DNA from: Chrysomallon squamiferum
Lineage: Eukaryota; Animalia; Mollusca
Assembly (NCBI GenBank): GCA_012295275.1
Contig: CM022673.1
Coordinates: forward strand, 15,934,001-15,998,000
Length of the DNA: 64,000 bases
Reading direction: 5' to 3'
The notes below the pieces were generated by a model. The model saw only the letters and a program-made list of their open reading frames with translations, searched no databases and was not told the origin of the DNA. Shown here piece after piece: positions 13,729 to 28,810 of this stretch (position 1 is its first letter; every line of letters starts with the position of its first letter). Both the position numbers and the translations under genes were made by a program.

Positions 13729-15559
13729 CTTGTGGTTACTTTTTTTTGTTGGTTTTTTTTCTATTATTTTTGATGTGTGGTTTTTGCGTCTTCGTCTGTT
13801 ATTTTGACAATCATCAACATCATCATCAACACGACCACAATCACAATAACTATCTTCGTCGTTAGCTTCATCATCAACGTTCTGCATCACCGGCACTCTC
13901 ATCACAATCACATTTAATTACATTTACCGACAGAAGTAGACCATGCTTTGTTTAACTGTCAGCCATCTTTGAATTCAGGACGAAAACAACTACAACAACA
14001 ACATCATCCGAACGAAACCAAAAAAAAAAACATCGCAGACATTTCTGTATTCCATTATTTTCTTTTTTTTACTTGCATTCACTAGAGAATACGAGATAAA
14101 AGATTTTTCTTTTCTCGATTAGTTCAAAATTTCTGTTTCGTTAGCTTGCCGACTTATACCTCTGAGGATATCTCACGTCATCCAGCAATTTTCCCAGTCG
14201 TCCGGACCCCCAACAATTACCATGTTTGTATTGATCTTAGCACCTCGGGAACCCAAAGTGCCAAACAGGAGCAAGACTTCTGACTTTACGTCTGCTACAT
14301 CTGTCAGAGCACACGAGAACGAAAGAAGTGGAGATAATTTCATTTTCAAGTGGCAGAACAAGTGAAAATGTTTCGATTTGGCATTTTTCATAGTTTTCAG
14401 TTCCTTGTAGAACTCTAACGAGAGATAATGTGTCTGTGTGTGAAAAAGAGAGAGAGATAGAGAGAAACAGAAAGTGCGTAGGATTTTCAGGATGGAGAGA
14501 GAGTGGGAACTATGGAGGAAGGAGAAATGTCTTGTTTCACTTTTATATATATATATATATATGTATATGCGTGCATACATACATACATTTACACATCCAC
14601 ACATATTATGCATTCATGCATGCATAAATGCATTTACAGATTCACACATGTCATATCAGTGTTAATTCTATTACTATTTCTTTTCATTAAACACGCAAAT
14701 GTGGTGAACTTTATTATATTTTTGCTCAAAAATGTTTTTGAGATAAACACTTCGAGACGAGTAATTATTGACACCTGCATTTTCGATTAATACCGAAAAG
14801 AACGTCTATTTTGAAAGTGAATTTAATTTTTACTTTTCGGTCAATTACCTTGAGGAAAATTGAATTTTTCAAAAATAATTCCTCGTACAGGAAGCGACGT
14901 TTCGCCAACGACACGTTTTCTCAAGATATGCCAGAAAACCCCACAGGAGTTCCATCTTATTTTCTTAGTTTTGACTTTTTAACCTATCTACTTTAGCATC
15001 TTCTTGTTTCTAAAAAATCCTTTATAGATTTTAAACTGTGTTGTAAAAATAGTTATAGACAAATCCACCTTATTTGGGCTTTCACGAATGCAAATGCATT
15101 TTGGTAAAAAAAAAAATTAAAAAAATAAATAAATAAAAAAATAATTTTATTTATAAATATAATTAAAACTAAAAAAAATAAAAAAGCATATAAATTTAAA
15201 AAAATATATTAGTTTATTATTCAATTTGTGAAGTTGATATTCTATTGACATTTAACGTTCAGGGAATCAACTTTCAGTTACTGTTACTCGCAATACGGGC
15301 ATATTATGATCGTTGTACTCATACACTGGTAGTCAGATTCAAAAATATTACAGATACTGAGTCACACATATTTGTAATAAAGATTATTCTGTTGCTCACT
15401 GCAGTACAAGCTACATAAGTATATAAAGTTATACATTTATTATCATTTTCTGTTATATGTTCAGGTATAGTCATTATTATTTATATATATACGTCCATAT
15501 GTATATTGTTTTTATTAACATACAGGCTCCATAAACATTCTGCTTTCATTTTCGAAGTG

Positions 15560-16720
15560 ACTTCATACACTGTCATTCATTCAGATTCAGTTATCAATTG
15601 TCTGTATTCAGTGACGTATATTGTTTATATTTTGTTACTTGTTTACATATAATGATCAAATGTTTTTAGGTAATGAAGTACAATTATTACATATTATTCA
15701 GTGACATGCAGTCATTACATGTTGTTACTTAATAACGTAATAATAATATATTGTTAGTCACAACTTATAGTCATTCATCGTATTGTTACTCACTTATAAT
15801 AGGGTATTTATACTTAATAACTTACTGTCATCATATATTTATACTTAATAACAATTATATAATATTTTATTATTAACTCATTCATATTCATCATGTTTTA
15901 TTATTCATAATATAAATATAACAAATCATATATTTAATAGTTATTGTAATAAGACTAACTTACCGTTTTCATTTACAGTAATAACGTACAATCATAAAAT
16001 ATTATTATTCAAACATATTCATCATTTATTATTCATATAACTGTATATTGTTACGTAATAAGGTACAGTAATCATATAGGAATAGGAATAGGAAAAAATT
16101 AACGTTAATAGTAATTAATATTATTATTAACTCACTTATAATAATCACATGTTGTTACTTAATAACGTACAGTCATCAATAATATCATTAATTCACTTAT
16201 AAGCGTCTCATATTTTTGTTGAATAGCATACAGTCATCATATATTATTATTCAGATGCCTATAGTCATCGTATAATTGTTACTAGTTGACGTTTAATCAT
16301 CATAATATATCAGTGACATATAGTCATCATATAGTTACTCATTTGCATAATGATCGTTATTATATTTAATTTCCATTTTGATACAGTTGTAATATTTATT
16401 TACTCATTTACGTACAGTCGTCATATTTTGAAATTTATTGATGTGTAAGAATTATATTATTATTATTACTGACTGATGTATAGTGACTGTGAACTGTTAC
16501 TTCATCATATCTTCTTATTCATTCATCATATTAATACTCACTGATGCATAGTCATTATCAATTTGACTTCATCATATTGTGTTACTCAGTGACGTATAGT
16601 AATCATATTATTATCACTTACTGACGTACAGTCATTATCAGTTGTGACTTCGCCATATTTTGTTACTCACTGGCGTGTAGTAACGATATTATTACTCAGT
16701 GATGTATGGTCACTAACTCT
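15560..16720. repeat. Highly degenerate ~30-bp minisatellite
   Basis: Consensus approx TTGTTACTCAGTGACGTATAGTCATCATAT, best preserved at 16580-16715. Confidence 0.75.
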
Positions 16721-17786
16721 TAGCGACTTGACATGTCATCAACTATTGATAGCGACGTCATCAACGATTGATAGCCTAACCAGCGACACGTCGTTGGACG
16801 CTGTGCCATGTCGCCCGGACAGAGAATTCATTAGGAATCAACAGGGAAAGCTTGTCTTCGTCAACGACGACAAACCGTTTTGATAAAACTCCTTCGTTTC
16901 CTAATGGACATCCCGAAACATCGCTAATACCGTCAATAAACTTTCATCTAAATGTGATTTTACCTTAATTAATTCAATTTGTCAGCTTGCAGAAGAGGCA
17001 AGGAAAGGATCTTTTGCCAATTATTCGGGATAAACATAAAGATAGACTGCAGATTCCGTCGTCACGGCGTGCTGCTATGTATTTCTGTGATTAATTTATA
17101 AAAGCTCGATGTAAAACCGCGTTAGGCTTCGTTTTATGAACTCTACAAGTTTTGACTTATCTGAAAATAGCGAAAGACGTCGGCAGAGAAGAGAAAAGAT
17201 CGTTACTAATGTGAAAAATAAATTGTTCTGACAAGAAAAAGGAAAAAGAATACTGTGTTTCGAATTTTATGATGATAAGAATAGCAACAATAAGTGTTTA
17301 GATGTCTTAAGCATATCGGGATACATTTTTTTATTTATTTATTTATTTATTTATTTAAATTTATTTATTTAATTATTTTAATTCTTTTCTTTTCAAAATT
17401 TTTTATATTTTTCATTTTGTTTTAATTATTATAGTTAGATAGTTGTTATTATTTATTATTATCATCACTGTCGTAGCCATCATTTCCCTCACTAATTCTT
17501 TAACTCTTCCTTTTTATATACAAATATTTTATTCCTCTACCAATATTACTTTTCATACTTAATTTTTTTAATTCTTTAATCAGTTATTTTCAAAATATCC
17601 AGAAAGCAAAAAAAAAAAAAAATATAATAAAAAGTTATATTTTTTCTTTTAAAATTTAAATAAAAGAAATATAAATAATGTATATCAATTTTTTTTTTTA
17701 TTTTTTATTTTTTTTTACTGATTATTAAAATTGTTATTATTGTTGTTATATGTTCTGCTGTAAAGGCCTTATAAAAGCTCGTTGGC

Positions 17787-17787
<1 letters not shown>

Positions 17788-17860
<73 letters not shown>
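17788..17860 (+). repeat. (GA)n microsatellite
   Basis: Perfect dinucleotide run. Confidence 0.97.
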
Positions 17861-17862
<2 letters not shown>

Positions 17863-19591
17863 GGTCGGCAAAAATAATACTCAAATGACTTAGCATTACA
17901 CCACACCGCCACCAACCACACCCGTGGTTGCCTAGTCACCCCTTCTATTTTCACGTCGATCTGCTCACCATAGTTAACAGTTTCGGTAAATGAGCATATT
18001 TCTCAAACTGCTTCATTTGCAGCGTTCATTTCTTTTGTCGAGTCTCAGCGGACTTTGTTTCGTTTCGTATTTTTCTGAAAGTCAATCACAAGTTCACGAT
18101 AAGACAATAACACGCTCATTGCAGTCGACTCGAAGTCCCCTGATCGAGACATCGTATGCAAAAACAAGCCCCTGCGTGTCCCAACCCTTCGTTCGAAAAT
18201 GATTCCCGTGCCGTCGTTATAATTGTTCTATTACCGTGTATTTGCGTATCCGTGACCAATCAGTGTGCTGCAGTGATGGGAAAATAACCATATTGCAATT
18301 GGCTCTGAAGGAATGGGAGAATTACTGCGGAGTATAACTTTAAAATAAAAAATACATTTTGCTCAAAACGACGCCATACATCATTGCTAAACAAAACGTC
18401 AGATTCGGTAATTGTGATCGATGGTAGAATATACCAGAGAAGAAACACACAGTATATTTTCCAAAATTACTTTCATTTTTTTTTTTTACTCCCATAAATC
18501 GTAATGTTGAAGCTATTGCTAAAGGTTTTATATTCAGAAAATTATTACATGTTTGAATATTTTGACGTTTTTTTAAAGAAAAACAAACAAATGAATATTT
18601 ATTGTTGTTCTTGTTGTTGTTGCTGTTGTTTTGTTTGTCGTTGAACTGAACTATTTCCATCCAGAGGAATATATTAAGTAAATATATTGTACCTAAATAA
18701 CGTCTTTCAACGTATTTTGTAACTGGATGTTAGAGCTATGAGAATTCTTTGTTTAATTATAAAGAAGATGACGCTTTGCTGACACCAAAATATATAGAAA
18801 AATATTCAAAGTCGCCGCCATTTCTGGAACCTTCTATTTCCCTTTCATTACTTCTGTATTTATTTATTTATATATATATTTATTTTTAGAGAACTTATAA
18901 CACTACCTTTTACATAAAAGAAAACAAAGTGAGAAAGAATGAAACCTGATAGTTAATTAAACTTTAAAGATGTGAAATTATTCTGGATAAAAAAAAATAA
19001 TAATAATAATATTAATACAACTTTATAAAAAAAAAACGTTTGACTAATTAAATCATTAAAAATAAAGTTCCTAATTTATTAAATACGTAATTAGCTACAT
19101 TATCTTGGAAGTTAATAAAATGAATTATTCTGAAAGTTATTTACAAAATAAAACCATCAAAAATAATAATAATAATAATAATAGTAATAATAATAATAAT
19201 AATAAGAATGTCACAGACAAAAGGAAAATAGCAGAAGAAATACATGAATTTTATTAGTCTTTTAGGTAATAGTATCTCAGAACTGTCTGGAAAATGTACA
19301 TTAAAACCATTACGTTATTCAAAATGTCGCAATTAAATCACAGAACTACTTATAGCAATTAAACTCACGTAATATCACATTACCATAAACACAGGCTTCC
19401 GTAACTATCGTTTTATCTCTTAAATGACGGAGAAAAGACAAAAAAAAAATAGAAAATTAAAAATTAAATCTCAGTCGATCGGAAAATATTTACATCTGTG
19501 CCATAACAAGTACATTAATTAAGATGACAAATTCAGATTAACTGTTTAGGATGGGAAAGTATGTTTACTTTGTATATAATTTTTGTTTTAA

Positions 19592-19750
19592 ATTTAGTTC
19601 AGTAGTAAAGTGGTTGACTGATATTCAAATGTGATCGATATCCGTATGCGACTTGTTGCGTATTTTTTGTCAAAACCTGGGCTCGTGCACTAAGAGACCA
19701 AAGACAATTTGTGTGAAAATGCATAATAAATAATGTCTTGTAGTGAACTG
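19592..19750 (+). mobile_element. Very degenerate copy of a tRNA-headed SINE
   Basis: TTAGTTCAGTAGTAAAG (A-box-like) ... GTGATCGATATCC (B-box-like) ... GTGTGAAAATGCATAATAAA, in the order expected for the same SINE family; heavily decayed. Confidence 0.3.
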
Positions 19751-20797
19751 ATAATTAAATTTGCAAATGTTTCATTTTCGGTAGTTGATGATAATTAATT
19801 TATTTATTTATTTATTTTCTGCTACTCTGGTTACTAATAGGATTTATTAACGGATGATGCCACTACTACTACTATTCTTACTACCACTAATACTACAACA
19901 TATTATTATTATTATTAATATTAGTAGTAGTGATAGTAGTAGTAGTAGCAGAGGTAGTAGTAGTAGTAGGAGGAGTAGGAGTAGGAGTAGTAGTTTAATT
20001 TATTGATTGATTGACTGACTGATTTGATTTGACTTCGATTTTATTACTTCTTTTATTATTATTATTATTTTAATTTTTTCTTCTTCTTCTTCTTCTTCTT
20101 CTTCATCTCCATCTCCTTCTCAATTACCATGACACGTATTTGCATGTTTTTACAATGACGGTTTTAATGGACACCTTCTTTGTTATTTTCTTATTGATAA
20201 CCTTGTCAAAATTATTCTCTAAACGACAACATAACACTGAATAATATGTCAATAAAAATATGAATATGCAAACGTTAATAACTCATGTTATACAAATGAG
20301 AAAACAACAGTTCATAAATAAAAAGGTGACGGCAGTCGACACAAGGACAAACCAAACGATCACCGAATCACATATAATAAAAACTAAACGCAGTATTCGG
20401 CGCTTGGAGAGTTTCCGGTTCCCGATCTTTTGGCGTGTCGCCTTCCGAAAGTATAACGATACAAGATGCTACCGCAAAGCGGTCTTTAGGGCTTTGTTTA
20501 CAAGTTTTACTTTCTACGCGAATGTTCGTGTGCGTGATGTTTACAAATAACTCAAGAGCAGGAGCGTAAACTTATGACTAAAATAAATATATATTTACAT
20601 AAATTTGACTGGCACTCTACACAAGAGACACTTTAATGTTTATTTCGTGAGCGTTTACGTTACGTTTAATGAACGAGTTAGCTGCTCCCTACTTCAGTTA
20701 TTCGGTTATATCAATTTGTTTTGTCATTGCGTCTGTTATAGAAGATATATTACTTTTGACAAACAGGAATGGTCGCAATAAATTCGCATTATTATTT

Positions 20798-20841
<44 letters not shown>

Positions 20842-21258
20842 AATTTTCTTTTTCTTCTTTCAGGTAGATTTTTATTATTTATTTATTTTGTTTATTTTAT
20901 TTTATTTTTTATTATTTTTTTTTTTTTTTTATTATTTTTTTTTTTTAATCGTTCTACCTAAATCCACTCCTCAGTCACTGAGATTAGCACTTCTGTTTGA
21001 TAAACCTCCGATATTATCAGATCCTTGTGTTCCGCAGCGTGTCAGTGTAGTATCAAGAACGATAACTCTTTTTCATTAAATCTAGTTACCTTCCATCTAT
21101 GAGAAAAAACGAAAAGCATACGAATGAAAAACATTTCATTAACGGAAATAAATAGATTATTAAGTTAATTATTGTGATTTTTAAAATTTATTATTATTAT
21201 TATTATTAATATTATAATATATATAGATAAATATAGATAGATATAGATATATATATAG

Positions 21259-21290
<32 letters not shown>

Positions 21291-24200
21291 TTTATATATA
21301 TAGATATATATTAATTATAGTTACTTAACCGATTATTTACGACAAGCAATCGGCCAGTTCAGGCAGTCATCTCTTCGAGCGAGCGCTATGTATCATCAAA
21401 TTTGCATATAAATAACATTATCCAGAAAACGTTGGTGCTCCCGCAAGTCTTGTAGGAATTACAACGGAATAATTCCCTGCCAAAGCGACGTGCAGGGAGG
21501 ATCGAGTTGCGAAATGACCCCCGTAAGAGATCAGCGCGCGCGATCTGCCGGTTCACAGCCTCGTTTGTCAACAATATAAACGTCTTGCCTTTCACCAAAA
21601 ATGCAATATACATCTTGCTTAATTTGAATATTAATGAGAAAGGTAAAATATCGAAGGTCTGTTGGGGACAGTTTGAGTATCTGCACGCGACACAGTGACT
21701 GATAGTTTGTATTAAATCCAAAAGAGCGCAGATTGAAAATTTTCTCCAGTACGAACATAATTACCCGTCTCAAAGAGCATTAAAATGTTATGTCTTCAAC
21801 GTTTTCCCCTTCCCCTATTTTTCTTTTTGTTCTTGTAATTCTTTTTTAACCTTCCTTTTCAGTTACGTCTTTTTCTTTAATTCTTTTGCTTTATATGTTT
21901 TTGCATTCTTTTCTGATTAATTTTTTTCTCATCTAATAAAAATATAATATTTTTTCGTGTATTCGATCAGCTGAGTGAAACTGAAAGTGCATGAAAACCA
22001 ATAACAATATAAATATCCGCATAAACACTTTTATTAACTTTAACCTCTTTCTTTTTTTTTTTTTTTTTTTTTTTTTTTCTTTTTTCATAGAATTATAAAG
22101 AGTGGTCAAATAAAAATCAGTGAAAGATTTCAAAATTTACTTTATTATTATCAAAGGTTAGGCAGATAGACAATCAGCTGTAGGTAAACATAATGTATAA
22201 ATAAGCTATTAGTTCCTATCCCTGAAAGAATACTCTGAAGCTGAACTAATAGATAAACCAAAGCCTTTGTGTCGTTTTCGAATATAAATATAATATACAG
22301 CCATTTATTATTATTTATAGCGATAAATCGCATCATACAAGCTAAGGAATTACTATCTGTGCTCATCTGAATCCATTATAATAAATCGCTGTCATTTTCT
22401 CTAGTGCTTTCTACCGATTTGAAGACGGTGCGTCTGCAAATAATGGCTGGAATTAATCAGAAACAATTGAATATGATGTGTCCGGTTTTGTTTGATTTAT
22501 GTGCTCTTGCAAGCTCTTAAAAAAGATAAATTCAGAAAAGTTTATATAAAAAAAAAGAAAAGTGGAAAAAAGAATAAGAAGTCTACAATAGCAACAAAAA
22601 TAAATTAATGAGTTGCGAGCCAAAATCCGAGTTAGGAGCGAGTTTCAGATACGCCGCCACTTGTTGGCGCAACGAATAACACAGCATCCGCACAGCATCC
22701 CGCGTCTCACTCGTTTACTTCACGTGGTTACCTCGCCGTGGAAACAACTGTGCTGTGTTCTGCTCGCGTTTTGACAGTATTTTGCCCAATTTTTTTTTTT
22801 TTTTTCTGACCACGAATCCTAAGTATAATTAGTTAGGCCAGGTTGTCTGATCCCCAAGATAAATACACTTTACTAAACCGATTTACTTGTATACATTTTC
22901 TTTTATCTTGTAAATATATAATATTTGATACTTATAAATACGTTTTTCTTATTTAAAAATACGTTACAAAAAAAATGGGGTGGTTTTTAGGGGGCCGCCA
23001 CTGATTAATAGTATTTTAATTAATTTCAGTTGAGAAAATTGATTTGATATACTAGCAAACTGAGTTAAGAGCTCGGCCACTGAACAAATTAAACTCGTAA
23101 GTCGAGGTACCACTATATATATATGTGTATCTGTGTGTTTGTGTGTGTATATATATATGAACACACACACACACACACACATACACCCACACACACACAT
23201 ATATACAAATATAAATATATATTCAAGACGACTGTTAATGATTCCAGATTCTATCAGAATAATATGATAGAGATGATATTATAATTATCTGTGCTTTATG
23301 CAGCCTTCTGTCCTAGTGACGTTACATCTTACATAGAAATGTTTAAAATTCACAGCAATAAATGCATATATAACAGCTGAGACGAGATCTTTATGTAAAT
23401 GACAGACATTGTCAGCCATTGTTACTGCGTCTGTTCGGACAGTGACCAATCCAGCGATATATCTAGGATTTATTTGTCAAAATTATCACTGACTTTTTCT
23501 CATTAAAGGTGAATCTGAAGGAGAAAAACATTACACCACAAAAGGTACAATGTAATGGTATAAATCTAAAATAATAATTGCTATATAAACGCATGAATAA
23601 AAAGTATTACTTTTATTGATGTTATCTATCTATTTCTCCATCAATATATCTATCTGTCAGTATGTCTACTTATATGTCTGTCTTTCTGTCTTTGTGTTTA
23701 TTTATTGATTCATTCATTCTTTAAAAAAGTAAACAAAGCAAAGTAAAAGTACTTTTCTATTTATTTCTTCTTCCGTTTTCAAATACAGATATCTTTAATC
23801 TCTGACATCACTTTCAACTCAGCCATTTCTGTTCGACACAAAACATCCAGTAACCACGAATGCCGATAAAATACCTTTCAGCAAGTCTGTAAATTTGTTT
23901 TGATCGTTCAAACTGAATTTACGAGCAGTCATTTCGCGGCATAAAACTCTGTAACAGGTCATGGGTGCCTTCTTACAATAAGCGTTGTTTCCATCCCGTG
24001 CAAATTGCGTGCGAGATATGCGTGTGGAGGAAATTACTTGGTAGAATTACGATGGCTGACATTTTACTTCCTAATCGTGGATTGTCACCTTCTGAAATTC
24101 GCCTGGCGGGTTGTCCTCCCGTGTGTTTTCGCTCATTCCTTGAGCTTCAGGCAATTATCGTTTGAAAAATGTAAAGTGACTTTACATTCCCCTGGTAAAT

Positions 24201-25384
24201 GCTGATAACAGAAATGATTTTTAATTTTTTCATTTTCCTTTCAATCTTTCTTTTCTGTTATTTTTATTTATTAACTTTTTTCATTAGTCCCTCTTCAGTT
24301 TCTTCTTTTTATTAATTTTAATTTTGATTTTTAATTTTTTTAGGGGGGAGAGAGGGTGTTGTTTATTCTTGTTGTTTTGATAACGTTTTTGTTTTGTGAA
24401 AAAAGAAGATTATAATGGAAACAACCAGGGAAATATTTAGAATTTTCTAGTTAACATTAAAATCTTGTTCTCGAAAAGTTACAGATTAAAACTTTCTGAG
24501 ATGACTTTTTCAAACAATTAAATATTTCTCTTATTTATCTGCCATTAAATAAAAGTGTCTCAGCTATTATTCCTACTATTGCTTTTGCTGTTTTTTTAAC
24601 TATTACCATCACTACTACTGCTATTCTAAAGTTGTGTTATTACTGAAACAATTAGTGTTTTTGCTATTTCATCTATACTTATCTCTTGTATTTTTATTAT
24701 TATTCAGATCTATAGTAACTGCTACTGTTGCTCTTTTTAATATGAACTATAGTTTGTTACGTCTTTTCTCCTGCTATAATCTCGTTACTACTACAATTAT
24801 CACTTCTGATTCAATGAATACAACAAATATTGCAACTACCAATACAACAACTGCAGTTATCAAAACAAAAACTACTTCAACTACCAATACAACTACTTCA
24901 ACTACCAATTCAACCGCCGGTGACACTACTATTTCGAGTACTAAGGTATACTTTATTTTATTTTCAGAAAACAATAAAAACTGGATTAACATTCATAAAC
25001 AAAATGTTCAAGAAATTTATATTATCGACAATACATCTTGGTCTCTTTCTGTTAGTTTTATTTTTATTTTATTTTATTTTATTTTTATTTTATTTTATTT
25101 TATTTTATTTTATTTTTTATTTTTATTTTTATTTTTATTTTTATTTTTATTTTATAAATATTGTTTAAAAAATAGATAAAATAATCTTTCTCGGGTCAGA
25201 TAAAGACTGTTCAAAAATCGGAAACATTCACAATCATACATCTGTTCATACATCTGTAAATATTGCTGTCAGTCCGCAAGTCAGTACATTGACTTAGAAT
25301 TAAAGCTACAAGATTGTGAAATTACCTTCCACTGCCTGCGCCTACGTAGAATTTTCAGAGTAGGAGTAATATTATCTGTTTTAA

Positions 25385-25545
25385 GTAACTAAAATTCTAA
25401 TACACGAACATAACATAAAACTAGAATGCTGACAAGAACTGAAAACTGACATATTAACAGAAATGAAAGCTAAAATGCAACCATAACCGAAAAGTGACAT
25501 GCTAACGTAAATGAAAACTAACATTCTAACGTATTTAACTGTAAC
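25385..25545. repeat. Degenerate ~24-bp tandem repeat
   Basis: GAAAACTGACAT(G/A)(C/T)TAAC..AAAT-like units. Confidence 0.55.
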
Positions 25546-25620
25546 ATTACTATGATTATGTACAGCATAGTTGTTGTTTGATTTTATTTGTTTTGTTTGT
25601 GTCTTGTTTTGTTTTGGGTT

Positions 25621-25661
<41 letters not shown>

Positions 25662-26009
25662 ATTTGTTTTTTTTTATATTTTTGGGTGGGTTGGTTTGGT
25701 TGCTGTTTTCTTTTTTTTTGTTTTGTTTGTTTGTATGTTTGTTTGTTGTTCGTTGAAGGGATGATTATTGTACAGTTTCAATAAGTTGAATGTACTTGGT
25801 ATTATTAAAACTGTTAGAAGTAGTAGCTCTAAACGTTTTCTGTAAAATACCTCTTATTACCATTAAATTAAATTATATCTATTGGTTGAAATGTTATTAG
25901 TTTTCAATATATATATATATAATTAGTTTTCTATTTATTTTTATTTAGGTGTTTATTATTATGACTTTTTAATTATTTATTTACTTTTATTATTATTATT
26001 ATTATTATT

Positions 26010-26044
<35 letters not shown>

Positions 26045-27445
26045 GCGTGTTTTGTGACATTTGGGAGACACAAACCGTGTTATCACAAACCGTCTTGACA
26101 CTTGATACGTTAAATTACTTTTTATTTGTTTTTTATTTATTTATTTATTTATTATTTACTATTATTATTAAATCATTTTAAATTTCCCCCCCCCCCCAAA
26201 TAATCTGTTACAATGTGGACTGCTTAAGCGACGCGAGTTTATTGTGTTTCTCCCCAGCTCGATGTAAACATTCGAGGTTTATTAACATTACCTGGACATC
26301 TGTAACCAGATGTTTGTCAAAACCCTATTTATTGATATTATTTTTAACCAACATATCAAAATGCACGATATCATCTGGTGTTTGTTCTCAATTACGATAA
26401 TAGTTTAGGTTGGTTATAACTCATTTTTAGCACGCTCCATGACTAAACTTACAAGATTCAAAAAAAAATAATAATAAACAAATAAATAAAAAGCATTATA
26501 CTTTATTTCAAGAATAAATCTAAATATTATTTTTAAGTAAAGCTGCTATTACAGTAGCTTTTTATTCTTCTTGTTTTCTTTTTTTTTTTTTTTGTAGTAG
26601 TAGTAGTAGTAGTAGTAGTATCACTAGAAAATAGCAAACTTTTTTTCAGGACTCGATCTGATGTTTTGAAGACATAATAAAATTAAACGAAGAGGTAGTT
26701 TTATATACAATAGTGGTTTGTTGCGTCTTCTAGAGCAACATTTGTTGTTTTTTTGTTGTTGTGTTTTTGGCATTATGCAGTACTCACAAGTGGGCGAGTA
26801 CATATGACTATGCTTGCTGTGATACATACGTACGTTTATTTAATGTGAAACTTTATTTTGTATGTATTTATGTGTGAGGAAGGACATCGCAGACTGACAA
26901 ACAGACCTGCGGAATGTTTAGAAGATAGTCGCTTACAAACATACGAATGCAGATTGTTTCGTGCACGTTTGTTTTGATGAAAATCTCGTATAGTTAGCAT
27001 AACAACTTCATTAAAGAATTCACAAGAGAAGGACCGATCTGTATTAGTATTAATTTACCACGTAACGTTTCCTGACATGTAGCCCATAATCAATTGAAAT
27101 GATTTAGCGTTTAGTTTATCCTGCAACAAAAACAATGGCGGACAATACTATTGGGATGATACCAGTTTCGGTTAGTGATTGATTTCCGTGCGCTATCTTG
27201 TAACAGGAAGCTCATGTCTTCATCAAATGTTGATACGTTTTGACACTTGTAACAAAAGTTAATAAAAGCACATTTGCATAGAGATCTGTTTGTAGGAAAT
27301 CTTTATTATGCATCTGAAATTTGTTTTTCCTTACCCAAACAGTTCATTTAACTTTCGTTTAACTTTATTCCTTTGTCAGCCAGTAATGGCCGTTAGACAT
27401 TGGTCTTAAAGTTTACCTGAGATGACATATTATTATTATTATTGT

Positions 27446-27489
<44 letters not shown>

Positions 27490-28810
27490 ACAGTAGTAGT
27501 AGTAGCAGCAGCAGCAGCAACAACAAGAGTAGCAGTAGAAGTAAGAGTTGAAGCAGCAGCAATAATAGTAGTAGTAGTAATAGTAACAGTCTCATCATTA
27601 TTATTATAGGTTACAGAAAATTAATCTGGTTTCCTAAATATCGGCATTAGATTTAAATACATTTTCGTTCTTTGGTTTTTTTGTTTTATTTTATCTTTAT
27701 GTTTTAAGACTTTGTCCAGAAAACCGGAAAATCCAGAAAAACATTTTCATCTCAAGCTTGTCGTGTAAATGGCCTAGTACCAGTATTTTAATCATCGTGG
27801 TCTTCGTCATCATTATTTTATTTGTTTGTTTCTTAATAATAAAATATAACCGGCATATTAAACAGTGCCCCAGACTCCTTGACTGTGTCCACGACAAGCG
27901 AACATAACAATCTGCTGTGATAAACATGTTTCCTGTCCATAACACAGATCTCCGATTAGATTATTTGTTAATTTATTTATTTATTTATTTATTTATCACT
28001 CTATCTATATTTTATTTTATTTCTCTTTCTTTCTTACTTCCTCCCCACCAAATGGATATAAAAGACTATGTTTATTTACTGGTTATTCGCATAAATTCCT
28101 CAATATAATATTTAGTCCAGTACTGAATTCATTAAATTAATAAAAAGATTCCTTTGGGCTTAATTTCATACAGTAATACAATTTCAGCCCTCCCTTGTTT
28201 TCATTATGTATTTATTGACTCCACTAGTTGTAAAATATGCGTCTGTGAGCACAAAGAGTTACGTCAATGAATAACAATACATTTGCTTTTATTGAAAATA
28301 ATTATGTTCAGGGAATTTCTTCTTTTCATAAATATCTCACAGGACTTTTTTGTGGGTTTTTTTTTTGTTTTGTTTTGTAATGACTACTAATGAGTCTACA
28401 AAATGTTCTTTATTTACTACAACTACTATTATTACTACTACTGTCACCACCACTAATACTACTACTATCACTATCACCATTACTGATACTACAACTTCAA
28501 CTGCAGCTACTACGACTGCTTCTATTACTATCACCACTACTGCCACTATTACGACCACTTATATCACCACCACAACTACTGCTTCTTTTTATATTTGTTT
28601 ATATTTTTCTCTTGATTATGGTCTACGTGTCATGAAACCTTATGTAGTAAATTAATACTAATACTCATTTTGTTTATTTGTCATTTTCTTTTTCCTCCTT
28701 AATTATTACTGTTGTTGTTGGTGATGGTGGTGGTGAAGGTGGTGGCGATGGTGTTATCATTATCATTATTGTGTTATTATTGTTGTTGTTGATGTTGTTG
28801 CTGTTATCAT

